From Octopus sinensis (Eukaryota), in the NCBI RefSeq assembly GCF_006345805.1, contig NC_043010.1, positions 66,464,001 to 66,528,000 on the forward strand: DNA of 64,000 bases, in the 5' to 3' direction. The notes under the pieces are model-generated. The model saw only the letters and a list, made by a program, of their open reading frames with translations, was not told the DNA's origin and did no database searches. Of this stretch, positions 48,487-61,329 are shown piece after piece (the stretch's first letter is position 1; the number at the start of each line of letters is the position of its first letter). The position numbers and the translations under genes are program-made.

Positions 48487-49600
48487 TATTTCTTTACTAC
48501 CCAGAAGGGGCTAAACATAGAGGGAACAAACAAGGACAGACAAACGGATTAAGTTGATTATATCAACTCCGGTGCATAAGTGGTACTTAATTTATCGACC
48601 CTGCGGAATTTGAACTCAGGACATAGCGGCAGACGAAATACCTATTTCTTTACTATCCACAAGGGGCTACACAGAGAGGACAAACAAACGGATTAAGTCG
48701 ATTATATCGACCCCAGTGCGTAACTGGTATTTAATTTATCGACCCCGAAAGGATGAAAGGCAAAGTCGATCTCGGCGGAATTTGAACTCACAACGTAACG
48801 GCAGGCGAAATACCTATTTCTTTACTACCCACAAGGGGTTAAACATAGAGTGGACAAACGGATTAAGTCGATTATATCGACCCCAGTGCGTAACTGGTAC
48901 TTATTTAATCGACCCCGAAAGGATGAAAGGCAAAGTCGGCCTCGGCGGAATTTGAACTCAGAAAGTAACGGCAGACGAAATACCTATTTCTTTATTACCC
49001 ACAAGGGGCTAAACACAGAGGGGACAAACAAGGACAGACATAGGTATTAAGTCGATTACATCGACCCCAGTGCGTAACTGGTACTTATTTAATCGACCCC
49101 GAAAGGATAAAAGGCAAAGTCGGCCTCGGCGGAATTTGAACTCAGAACGTAACGGCAGACGAAATACCGCTAAGCACTTCGGCCGGCCTACTAATGTCTC
49201 TGCCCCTCAAAACCTATTTCTTTACTACCCACAAGGGGCTAAACACAGAGAGGACAAACTAAGACAAACGGATTAAGTCGATTATATCGAACCCCAGTGC
49301 GTAACTGGTAATTATTTAATCGACCCCGAAAGGATGAAAGGCAAAGTCGACCTCGGCGGAATTTGAACTCAGAACGAAATAACTATTTCTTTATTACCCA
49401 CAAGGGGCCAAACATAGAGGGGACAAACAAGGACAGACAAACGGATTAAGTCGATTACATCGACCCCAGTGCGTAACTAGTATTTAATTTATCGACCCCG
49501 AAAAGATGAAAGGTAAAGTCGACCTCGGCGGAATTTGAACTCAGAACGTAACGGCAGACGAAACACCGCTAAGCACTTCGCCCGGCCTGCTAACATCCCT
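48487..49600 (-). mobile_element. SINE family B six-unit array
   Basis: Units start (plus coordinates) at about 48487, 48643, 48813, 48983, 49213 and 49382. Confidence 0.85.
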
Positions 49601-49924
49601 TACCCCCTCAAAACCCGCCGGTCCTGTTAGTATGTCCATAATAATAAAAATTTTAAAAAATCCAATTATAATGGGCAATAACTCCGTTAGTATAGGTGGC
49701 GCAACATCACTTATTAATTATGTCCCTTTACATCGTTTCTTCTCACCTGTCGGACTGAGGAATATTTTTCTGGGTTGAGAAGAACGTAATGAGTGGCGGA
49801 GAGTCTTTTAAAAGATTTTTAAACATTTAGCACATATAAACAAATAACTTTTTATCCTTGTTCAATCCCATCTATTTTTTTTTTTTTGTATTATTATTAT
49901 CTACTCCTATTTCACAATCGAAGA

Positions 49925-50161
49925 ATGTCGACAGCCGTAGGAAGAGGTCGCGGCAGAGGCCGAGGGATTTTATCTCTGAGTAAAGTTGCTCCGTCGCCGA
50001 ATCACAAAGTTGGCGGAAATTGTTCGGATTTAGAAACTTCTCTTCCAAACAACGAATTGAACATTGCTTCGAATACTTCGGACGAGGGATCAACAACAGT
50101 TCCACCACAGTTGAGGTTACTAGTCAAACCTACTAGCCAGATTGATTGTCACGAAGAACAG
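49925..50161 (+). CDS. CTIF/MIF4GD(SLIP1)-family MIF4G protein, first coding exon
   Basis: Reads MSTAVGRGRGRGRGILSLSKVAPSPNHKVGG...QIDCHEEQ, 237 nt, donor GTATTT, phase 0. It is a CpG-containing non-repeat island and joins in frame to the MIF4G exon at 63595. The link between the two exons is inferred. Confidence 0.72.
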
Positions 50162-52069
50162 GTATTTTTCTTTCATTTACCTACTATTACTATTATTATT
50201 ATTAATATTATTTCAGTTTTTCCATCTTTTAAATGTTTTCTTGTGGGTATTATATATGTGTGTGTGTATGTATTATATATATATGTGTGTGTATTATATA
50301 TATGTGTGTGTATTATATATATATGTGTGTGTGTGTGTATTATATATATATATATGTGTGTGTGTGTATTATATATATATGTGTGTGTATTATATATATA
50401 TATTATATGTGTGTGTGTGTGTGTTATATATCATAGACGCGAATGGGATTGTAGTAGATATGTGTATTGCGTATGTATCATCTATAGATATATAGATATA
50501 TATATATATATATATATATATGTACGTATATATAATATATATATATATCTCATATACACGTCATATACAGACACGTATATGCACATATACATATATATAA
50601 AATATAAATTAGAGAGATAAAACCGCTATTATACAACTCAAACAGTGATAGACATAAACCAATACATAGATAACAAAGAATAAATACTTTTATAAAATAT
50701 ATAACTTATAACTAGATCTCAAAAAGTATAAAATGAATGATATATATATACATATATATACACGCGTGTCTCTATATGACTTGTATGTATGTATACATCT
50801 GTTTTATATTATCTTTTCGGCACTAGTCCACGTTTTAAAACTCGCCCTAAGTCATCTTTAAAAGCTATCATATATTGAGGAAAATATGGATCTTATTCTT
50901 CACAGATCACGAGAAATCGATATAATAATACTTGATTTTTGTTTTGATCAGAAATATCCCAAACAATTTTAATTGATTTTTTTTTTCTTTTTGTGTGTAT
51001 GTCTGATTTATTATTATTGTTTCTTCTCCCCCACGGATCTATTGATCTCTCTCTCTCTCTCTTCTCTACACACACACATATATTGTCAACAATTTACTAT
51101 ACATTCTTACGTTTCATATATCGTTGACATTTTTTGCACATTGGAGAAGCACATGCCGAAGGATGAACGATGCAACGACCTCCTCGTATCAAGGAATTCA
51201 TTCCTAATTTAGAAATAATTATATTTCGAGATATAGTTTTCGGTGCAAGTGTTGAAATGCGATATGATGTCTACTACAGTATATATACACATATATTATT
51301 ATATGCGTGCGTGTGTTACAATTAAACAAAGAAGCAATTATTCACTGCTTAAATTTAGTCAGTCTGTAGTGCCTCCCTCATTTACATCATAAAATATTTC
51401 GTGCAAGAGGCAAGCTACCTCGGACTAGTTGAATATAAAAAGAAAGAAAAAAGCATTTGACAGGTTGCACATGAAGATCCGTTACTTTGGCGGAGAAGGG
51501 TGTAGTCGCACTCTCGTGGGATTTACCTGGTCGATTATTATTATTATTGCTACTACTACTACTAGTGTTGTTTTTTAGTCACTGGTCGGCCTTGATTCAG
51601 TAAATTTACCATCAGAGATATTCCTGTAATGACTATCTCGTTTTCTTTTTATGAGGATGGAGGTTTGGCCTCTTTTTTTTTCTTTGACAAGTCGCAAGAA
51701 CGATCCATTAACTTTGACGGAGCTGGTTGCTATCACAACTCTACTGAAATTTACTTTATCAGTTACTATTGTTGTTCAGTTCAGCCACTGGTCAGCTTTG
51801 ACCAGTAGGAGACGTGCTTCGTGATTTGGCTGTTGTTTCTAGCGTGTCGCGCGATCGCGTCGAGGTCCCCCCCACGTTGGCTTCGTTTTTTATCTTCTCC
51901 CGGACGGAAAGGAAGGCAAAATCATTCTAATGAGACTTAAACCCAACAGTTAGGCACCGAACTATATAAGCAGCAAGGCTGTCTGTCTTCCCTCTCATCA
52001 TCTACTTACCATAGTTTCAAGTAGCATATTTTAGTACATTCCATTGTACTCTACAGTACTCTACCAATT

Positions 52070-52110
<41 letters not shown>

Positions 52111-53318
52111 CAGACAGGTAGACAGACAGGTAGACAGACAGGTAGATAGATAGATAGACAGACAGACAGACATATAGATAGATGGATGGATGGATGGATG
52201 GATGGATAGATAGACAGATAGACAGACAGATAGATAGATAGATAGACAGATACACAGATAGATAGATACACAGATAGATAGATACACAGATAGATAGATA
52301 GATAGATAGATAGGCATGCATGCATGCATGGGTGTAAATGTGTGTGTGTGCGAATGTATATATGCATATAAATAAATGTTTATGCTTATGAAATATATAT
52401 GTATGTATCTATCTGCTATATAAATGCGCATGCATTTATATGCTCATAAATATGTGCGTATATACATATACTCGTGTATATGTATATACACACGCTCGCT
52501 CGCTCTCTCTCTCAATCTCACACACAAGGTTATGGTTACTTCTAGAAGGCAGAGAGAACTCGCATACACGTTTAACTTCTTATTTTTATTATTGAAGTCA
52601 TTGAGGGTACAATTCCTCACAGCGGCTGACCAATTCCATCCCTGTCAGTCAGTCGCCTGTTTTTCGGACTGTCTCTCAAAATCGCCTTCAGATCACACCT
52701 TCCTGACTTAAAAAAAGCAAGGAAGTATACATTTGGATAATCAAGGCGCAGATAGCCACGGTTGGAACGCTAATCATCATCGTTGTAGCGAATTAAGGCT
52801 TAAGCACCATCAAAGTACACACACACACTCGATAGACAGATTGATATTAGAGAGGGTGTGTGCCTATGCAATGCATGTGTCTGTAATTACTGTTTTTCTT
52901 TAGATTTTTTTTTAGTTTTTAGTCTAATTTTATTATAAATTAAATGTCATGTGTATTAGTAGTTATAGTTAGTTAAGTGTGGGCGTGGGAACTGGTGCCG
53001 CCCCGGGCGACGCTTTTATAGAGGGCGGTATTTTTGAGTCGGCTGTGTCAAATTGTATGGGTTCGGGGGTCCCGTGGTAGCGTGGGAGACAAATTAAAGA
53101 GCCACCCCGGGCAACACACACACACTCTCTCTCTCTTTCTCTTTCTTTCTTTCTCTCTCTCTTTCTCTCTCTCGTTTATTCATAGGTTTCGTCTCATTCG
53201 ATACCCTGACCCCAATGTTTGTTTTGTCTGTCCTCGTATCGTCCCCTCTTTTTCTCAACCTTAAGGTGAATAAAGAAATTCTCTCTACCTCTCTCTCTCT
53301 CTCTCTACGCCACTGGCA

Positions 53319-53361
<43 letters not shown>

Positions 53362-54167
53362 CTATATCTGTGTATGTGTGTTTGTTTTTAAATGCATCAA
53401 GCTGTTTTCTGTATGAAATTCTATTCTAAAATATTTTCTTTAATCTTGAGACTGCAAAAACCAATTCTTAAAACACACAAACACACACAAACACATTAAT
53501 CGTCCAATATGGCGTTTCAATATAAACAAAACTGAATTGATTACTTTGTCAATAATGACATGTGTGTGTGTGTGTGTCTGTGTGTGTCAGAGGCGTTTGG
53601 AAAAATATTTTCCCATGTCTTATAATTCATGCCTGCTTAATTGAAATTTGATCATTGCTGCACAATTTGGCAGACGACTAACCGAGAATACGATACGTTC
53701 TTAGCACATGCCTGCATTTTTTTGATATTTCCTGACAATCTACCAACGCACACCGTCACCATCATTTCGATCATGCGTGCGATTCAGTCATTCGTGACGC
53801 TGGAACCGTTGTACAAATAAACGCACCGTCTACGGTTGTTGTTGTTTAACCCCAGGTGAGCTGTGATCGAGCAAACCGATGATCGGAAAAAAAAATGTTC
53901 TAGTCGTGATCACCCCGTCATTTGGGAAAATTCAAAAGATATATGGTGCACCTGAGCACTGTATACAATAATTTCATTATTATTATTATTATTATTAAAT
54001 TCCGCCGAGGTCGACTTTGCCTTTCATCCTTTCGGGGGTCGATAAATAAAGTACCAGTTACGCACTGGGGTCGATGTAATCAACTTAATCCCTTTGTCTG
54101 TCCTTGTTTGTCCCCTCTATGTTTAGCCCATTGTGGGCAGTAAAGATATATATATATATATATATAC

Positions 54168-54213
<46 letters not shown>

Positions 54214-54728
54214 GTAAAAAAAAATATACAGACTGGGACAAGAACGTGAAACATTTAGAAGACGACACAAAAAACACGGACTGGACATTCGAAGCCCTCA
54301 ATCATCAGTCAAGAACCGGATCATCTTCACAATTTCGGCTGATTAATCTATATATATATTATATTATTATTATTTATTTATTTATCTTGTGTTTCTCAAT
54401 GTGTCACGTTTTTCTTCTCAAAGACAAATGGTGTTAGAATCTCGCTTACTTTACATACACTCTAGGGAAACCGGTTTCAAAGCTCTGGCCTTCTGCGTTC
54501 TAGAATTCATAGCAGAGCCAAGCCTAAGGCAAGTAGAGGGAGATTTGACTGCTATTTTCACACGGTGCAGCGACCGAATACAAGGTCGCTGTTTTTATAT
54601 TTGTTGCACAGTTGCTTTTTAGCACCGAGTCAGTTCTCATCGAACGGAACCGATGATCTAAAAGGCGTTCTCGCCGCCCTAAATGGAGCAACTCTGAGCG
54701 CCATTTCTGAATCTGTCGCATTTTTTAA

Positions 54729-54810
<82 letters not shown>

Positions 54811-57114
54811 TTCTTTACTGCCCACAATGGGCTAAACACAGAGGGGACAAACAAGGACAGACAAAGGGATTAAGTTGATTACATCGACCCCAATGCGAAA
54901 CTGGTACCTTATTTATCGACCCCGAAAGGATGAAAGGCAAAGTCGACCTCGGCGGAATTTAATAATAATAATGAAATTTTTCAAAACGGCGAAGTGGTGG
55001 TGTGGGGTTAAAATTATTATTTTCAACAAGTGCAGGGACTGCCTACAGGATTGCTGTTTTCATCGTTGTTGTTATTGTTTAGCAGATCAATAATCAATAA
55101 CGTAGCCGTGACCACTTCTTTTTTGAGTATATCCAGGGCAGCATTTCTCAATGTGACGTATTTTTCCTAAGACAGTAAGAGGGAGTTTCGACTGATATTT
55201 TCAGCAGGCTCGGCGGTCGCATACACGGTCGCTTTTATTATTGTTGCAAACTTATGATCAGAGACGTTCCAACCGTGACCATCATGTTTTATGTATATTT
55301 AAAACTACGTTGCCCAAAAGTAGTGAAGGCGCGTGGCTTAGTGGTTAGGGTATTCAGCTCATGATCATTCGGTTGTGAGTTCGACTCCCGGCGATGCGCT
55401 GTGGCCTTGACCAAGACGCTTTATGTCACGTTGCTTCAGGCCACAAAAATAATTTGCACCTGTATTTCAAAGGCCAGCCTTGTCACACACACTGTGTCGC
55501 ACTGAATTTCCATGAGAACTACGTGAAGGGTTACACGTGTCTGTGGAATACCCAGCCACTTTGCTCGTTAATTTCACGAGCAGGGTGTGTGTACTGTTGA
55601 CCGGATCGATTGCAACCCTCCTCGTCGTAACCGACAGAGTACCAGGTGACCAAAGGCGTCTATTGTACTTGTTTCAATCATTTGACTGTGGCCATGCTGG
55701 ATCACCACCTTTAGTCGAGCAAATCGACCCCAGGACTTATTCTTTGGAAGCCTAGTACTTATTCTATCGGTCTCTTTTGCCGAACCGCTAAGTTACGGGG
55801 ACGTAAACACATCAGCATTGGTTGTCAAGCGATGCTGGGAGTCAAACGCAGTCACACAAACATATATATACATATATGCGACGGGCTTCTTTCAGTTTCC
55901 GTCTACCAAATCCACTCACAAGGCTTTGGTCAGCCCAAGGCTATAATAGAAGACACTTGCCCAAGGTGCCACGCAGTTGGACTGAACCCGGAACCATGTA
56001 GTTGGTAAGCAAGCTACTTACCACACAGCCACTCCTACGTCTACTGTGTCTATTGTAAAAGAAAAAAAAAGAGAGAGAGGTGAGGGAATGATTCTCAGGT
56101 ATGATTGAAAGTAAATTTGGCTATTATTTCCAGCAAGAAGAGTGACTACACAGAGGCTCTCTCATTGCCTCACTGTTGTTATCTCCTAACCCTGACAGAG
56201 CAGTTGTATTGTCAAAGGTAGCCCAACCATGGCCTTTCAGTCCTTCTCCTCTCAAGGCATTACATACCTAGGGCTACATTATCCAGTTTGCCTCTCAGAG
56301 TGTATTTTGTGACATATTTGAAGCAAGTCAACCATTTCATCCAGGTCATATCTATGGTCACAGGCTTTCCATTCGTGACCTAATTGTGCATTCATGTAGG
56401 TCCAAGCATGGCTGTGTGGTTAAGAAGCTCGTTTTGCAACCATGTGGTTTTTGGGTTCAGTCCCACCTTGCACATGTGCCTTCTACTTCTAGCCCCAAGC
56501 CAACCAATGCCTTGTGAGTAAAAACTGTGTGGAGACCCAGCGCGTGTGTGTGTATGTGTCTTTGTTCCCCACCACCAGTTGACAGCTAGTGTTGGTTTGT
56601 CTAGGTTCTTGTCACTTAGTGCTTCAGCAAAGATGGAAGCACTCCGTCGGTTACGACGATGAGGGTTCCGGTTGATCCGAATCAACGGAACGCTGCTGTG
56701 AAATTAAAGGTAAGTGGCTGAGCACTCCACAGACACGTGCACCCTTACATAGTTCTCGGGGATATCAGCATGACAGAGAGTGACAAGGCGGCCCTGAAAT
56801 ACAGGTACAACAGAAACAGGAAGTAAGAGTGAGAGAAAGTTGTGGTGAAAGAGTACAGTAGGGATCACACCATCCCCTACCGGAGCTCGTGGAGCTTTTT
56901 AGGTGTTTTGCTCAATAAACACTCACAACGCCCGGTCTGGGAATCAAAACCGCGATCCTATGACCACGAGTCCGCTGCCCTAACCACTGGGTCATTGCGC
57001 CTCCACCAGCAAAAGATACTGATACAATAAGTACCAGGGTTGATTTGTTCAACTAGACTCTTCAAGGCAGTGCCCCAGCATGGTCACAGTCTTATGACTA
57101 AAATTAAATGTATA

Positions 57115-57416
57115 TACGGAGATGTACTTGCATAGCAAGTGATTTGATCTGAGATCGTGTGCTGAAACAGAAACAATTGCAGCATGGAAGGTGTTTGTAA
57201 GCCATTTAAGAAACACGCAAAAGCCATTCGATTCACTTCAACATTTAAGTTTAATATGTCAAAAATCCGTGCAGCACGGATTTTTGTCAGTGAACAGGTC
57301 ACGGTCTTATAGCGACGAAAATATTTTGACATATTAAACTTAAATGTTGAAGTGAATCGAACGGCTTTTGTGTGTTTCTTAAATGGCTTACAAACACCTT
57401 CCACGCTGCAATTGTT
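57115..57416. mobile_element. Inverted hammerhead-bearing repeat, probable Penelope-like pLTR pair
   Basis: Mirror arms span 57172-57416, centred on AAAAATCCGTGC-A-GCACGGATTTTT at 57273. Confidence 0.6.
57285..57331 (+). ncRNA. Hammerhead ribozyme motif, family 5 (G3-C8 swap), near intact
   Basis: TGTCA-GTGAACA-G-GTCAC(GGTCTTATA)GCGAC-GAA-AATATT-T-TGACA. Stem I is a perfect 5 bp, stem II has 4 of 5 pairs, helix III is palindromic, and cleavage is predicted after 57326. Confidence 0.7.
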
Positions 57417-57849
57417 GTAAATGTATATATATATATTTATAAAGATATATATAAGGATGTTATTGATTACAATAATATCAAGTGGCATAGCATGCATTAA
57501 AAAATACCATAAAGTAAAATATTATATATTAATAATTAAGGGTGCTACAAATAGCACCAGCATGCTAAAAATAGCAGTCAGAAGACGACTACAACCACAA
57601 ATTTATACTGATATGCATTAATTGAAATCGGGGTAATGAGCAGAAATTCTAAGCCTCCATACCAATAATGAAAAGAATCGTAAATTGAAAAGCCAGACAT
57701 GCCTGTCTTGTCACGATTTCAAACTTTGTGAAGATGCCATTTAGTTCTCATCAGCCATAGTCCCTGAATGCAGAGGACATGTGAAGGTTAGAAAGGAAAT
57801 AGGCCAGTATGGTCTGCTGGATTTGAAATGTAAGTGTACATGTTCAAGA

Positions 57850-58395
57850 AAGTGCTAGTGTTCTGAGAGAGAAATTAGGCACAAGAGGAATTGACCACCG
57901 TGTGCAAGAGAGAGGAATGCACTGGTTTAGTTATGTGATGTGGACGGATGCTGATAGCTCCATAAAGATGTGCTGATCTCTCAAAGTAGATGGAACAAGT
58001 GGAAGCGGGGAAACACAGGAAGACATGGGATGAAGTACTGAAGAACAACCTCAGGATGCTGAACTTTTCAGGTGAGATGATCAAGGACCAAGATGCCTGG
58101 CATCTTGCTGTACTCAAGAAGACCTGTACCCTGCAGGAGAAATGTCAAGACCGGTCCCTCTGGTGGGGTAAAGCACTCATGGTGGTGCCACATACAAACG
58201 CCTGTATGGTGCCATGTAAAAGTGCTGCACCATATAAAACTGCCCATGTGGCACCACATTAGAAGTACCCAGCACACTCTGGAAAGTGGTTGGTGTTGGG
58301 AAGGGCATCTGACCACAGAAACTATGCCAAGTCAGACTAGAGACGGGTGCAGTTCCCCAGCATTGACAACAGACTCTAAATGATGATGGGGGTGA
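57850..58395 (+). mobile_element. RTE-clade LINE 3' end
   Basis: Reads KSASVLREKLG...HWFSYVM...GKHRKTWDEVLKNNLRMLNFSGEMIKDQDAWHLAVLKKT, then a 3'UTR ending in (TGA)n. Confidence 0.75.
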
Positions 58396-58551
58396 TGATG
58401 ATGGTGCTGCCACTGGGTGGGCTAAAAATCATGCACCAAAACATTAATTTATATTATGTTATTCAATTTTAGAAAAGTTGAAGCATGTCTTCAACAATTT
58501 CAGAGCATATAGAACTTATTTTGTAAATGACTTTTTGGCCCAACCTGTGTG

Positions 58552-58585
<34 letters not shown>

Positions 58586-58589
58586 AGCC

Positions 58590-58960
58590 AGCATGCTCCG
58601 CTGGATGTGTAATATCAGTGTGCATACAAGACAGAGTGTAAGCGCCCTGAGAGAAAAGTTGGATTTAAGAAGCATCAGATGTGGGGTGGAAGAGTGACGA
58701 CTGCGCTGGTATTCGTCATGTGTTGCGAATGAGTGAGGACAGCTGTGTGAAAAAGTGTCACACCCTAGCAGTTGAGGGAGCCTGAGGAAGAGGTAGACAC
58801 GGGGAAACCTGGGAAGAAGTGGTGAAGCACGACTTTCGAACATTGGGCCTCACCGAGGCAATGACTAGTGACCGGGACCTTTGGAGATATGCTGTGCTTG
58901 AGAATCCCTGACAAACCAAGTGAGACCATAGCCCATGGCCTATGCCAGTAAGTGTAACCA
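58590..58960 (+). mobile_element. RTE-clade LINE ORF2 C-terminal fragment
   Basis: Reads ASMLRWMCNISVHTRQSVSALREKLDLRSIRCG..RLRWY..HVLRMSEDSCVKKC...TWEEVVKHDFRTLGLTEAMTSDRDLWRYAVLE. Confidence 0.82.
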
Positions 58961-59841
58961 GTTTGACAAAATGCTAAGTTACCACACATAAACTCTTTTA
59001 GCTTTACCTCAGTGGTTCTCAACCAGTTTTTTTACCATGGACCTCTTTGAATCCTATTTTACTCAGGTGGACCCTCCTGGTCAGTTGATGTTTAAAAATC
59101 CTTTTGTATTTTTATGTTTAAATATTATTAGGAATTGTATGAAAAAAAGAAACTTGTTAAAATATTTTGTGTCTTGTAGAAGCAGAGCCAGTTTATTCTT
59201 TTATTCTTTTACTTGTTTCACTCATTTGACTGGGGCCATGTTGGAACAAATCAACCCCAGGACTTATTCTTTGTAAGCCTAGTACTTATTCTATTGGTCT
59301 CTTTTGCCAAACTGCTAAGTTATGGGGACGTAAACACATCAGCATCAGTTGTCAAGCGATGGTGGGGGAACAAACACAGACAGACACACACAAATATATA
59401 CATATATAGGGAGAATTCACGAAAAAAACAAAAGACGAAGACAGGTGGTGTAGAAAACAAACAGATGTATTAGTATAACACTCAGGAATTGAAGAAGTCT
59501 TTAACGTTTAGAGCCTACGCTCTTCCACACAAAGGAACAAGGAGATATACATGCATACATATATATATATATATATGTATGTATGTATGTATACTATGGG
59601 CTTCTTTCAGTTTCTGTCTACCATATCCACTCAAAAGGCTTTGGTCGGTCCGAGGCTATAGTAAAAGACACTTGGCCAAGGTGCCATGTAGTGGGACTGA
59701 ACCCAGAACCCATGTGGTTGGTAAGCAATCTTACCACACAGCCACTCCTGTGCCTATTGAATATAAATTCTTACAGCAAAATCTTGTATAGGCATCCGCT
59801 CCCCCAAAGGGTCATACGGACTCTGATCGAGGACCACTGCT

Positions 59842-60030
59842 TTAGGTCCTCCTGCAGTGCACAGCACATTGGGCAGCAAGATTCTTCCACTGGGTTCCAT
59901 AGGCTGCTGTTACTATTGCTCCTCCTCTCCACATAATCTTGATTATCTTCTGGTCGTCTTGAAATGTCACCTGCCAAATGAACCTCGGCCATCCTCTTTT
60001 CTGCCTGCTGTCAGTTGGGACATAAACACA
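59842..60030 (-). mobile_element. Second RTE-like LINE C-terminal fragment
   Basis: Reads RQKRGWPRFIWQVTFQDDQK...QWKNLAAQCAVHCRRT*. Confidence 0.55.
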
Positions 60031-60813
60031 GCACTGTTTTACAAATTGTGTCAACATAAAGTCAAACATGAAGACAAGCATATCTGTCTGTCTGTGTTTA
60101 AAGATAGATAGATGTGTGTGTTGATAGATAGAAAGATGTGTATGTGTTTATTGACAGATAGATGTGTGTGTATGTGTTGATAGATAGTTAGATAGATAGA
60201 TATGTGTGTGTGTGTTTATAGATAGATAGATGTGTATCTGTCTGTTTATAGACAGATAAATGTGTGTGTGTGTCTGTTTGTGTGTTTATAGATAGATGTG
60301 TGTGTGTATGTCTTTGTGTCTGTGTTTGTCCCTTGACAACCTGTGTTGCTGTATTTACATCCCCATAACTTAGTGGCTCAGCAAATTGAGATCAATAGAA
60401 TACGTACCAGGCTTAAAAATAAACAGATACTGGGGTTGATTTGTTCAGCCGAAATCCTTCAAGGCGGTGCTCCAGCAAGGCCACAGTCTAATGACTAGAA
60501 CAAATAGAAGACAAAGTATGCATAGGTCATCACCTGAGAGAAAACCAATGATGTGATATTTACAGTTCATGACCTTATGACTGGTCACTTGATGCTTTCA
60601 AGGACCAGGGTAATAAAAAGAATCCCCTACTTGAAAAGAGACAAGATTTGGCAACAGGAAGTGCATTCACTCATAAAGTACTACTTGAAATAAGTTTCCT
60701 GTCTGCTCAATACTAACATTGTAGGAAGAAACCCATGTGTTCATTTCTTCATTTGATGTCTAATTGTTTTGAGTAAGAGATGGGAGTTTGTTACAGTAGT
60801 GTATTATTTGTCA

Positions 60814-61329
60814 CTAGCTCTATGACTTGGTGTTGCTGGGTCTAGTGCTAGTGCTTGTTTTTTGTTGCCAAGTCGCAGTAAAAATTTCTCACTAAATCAA
60901 GAGCTAAGTTTCTTATCACATTTCAGCCCGGTCCAGTTTTGTTGTTTACGAGCTAGTGGGAGTTTTTTTTATGAGAATAATTAATATTCATTGGACTTCG
61001 GTTTTCACACCTGGAATGACATAATCATGGAAAATTATCGGGACTGTGCACATGCCGTTAGCCGGACAAAAAAAGGAGGCAGAAGAAAGTGAAAAACTCG
61101 AATTTGGCCACAAAATAACTTATGGGCATAAGGGGTCAGTTTATCGATTTTTTTTTTTTTTTTTTTTAATGGCTTTCTGGGGTGACTGGGGAAATGAAAA
61201 GATCTTCACAATCACCCTCAGATAGTTTTGAAAGCCCACAGAAAATGCAAGCCTTTTACATGAAAAACTGTGGATTTGTATAAAGGACACACAGATACAC
61301 AGACATTTTGCTGTTTATAGATATAGAGA
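60814..61329 (-). mobile_element. Older non-autonomous Helitron
   Basis: 5' TCTCTATATCTATAAAC at 61329. A decayed version of the same 3' end (plus strand a|ctagctctatgacttggtgttgctggg) lies at 60814. Confidence 0.6.

Noticed and set aside
49695-49705. AGGTGGCGC CTCF-like half site upstream of the CTIF-like gene
   Set aside because: Only the 3' half of the motif matches, which is insufficient without binding data.
50162-50620. Extension of the 244-aa ORF 49886-50620 beyond the exon
   Set aside because: After the GTATTT donor the frame runs into TA/TG microsatellite, and the upstream TTG start lies in a T-rich tract.
54270-54350. CTGATGA and CAGCCGAAA motifs on the minus strand
   Set aside because: Stem II and the A15.1-U16.1 pair cannot be formed, and the upstream part is lost in a TA tract.
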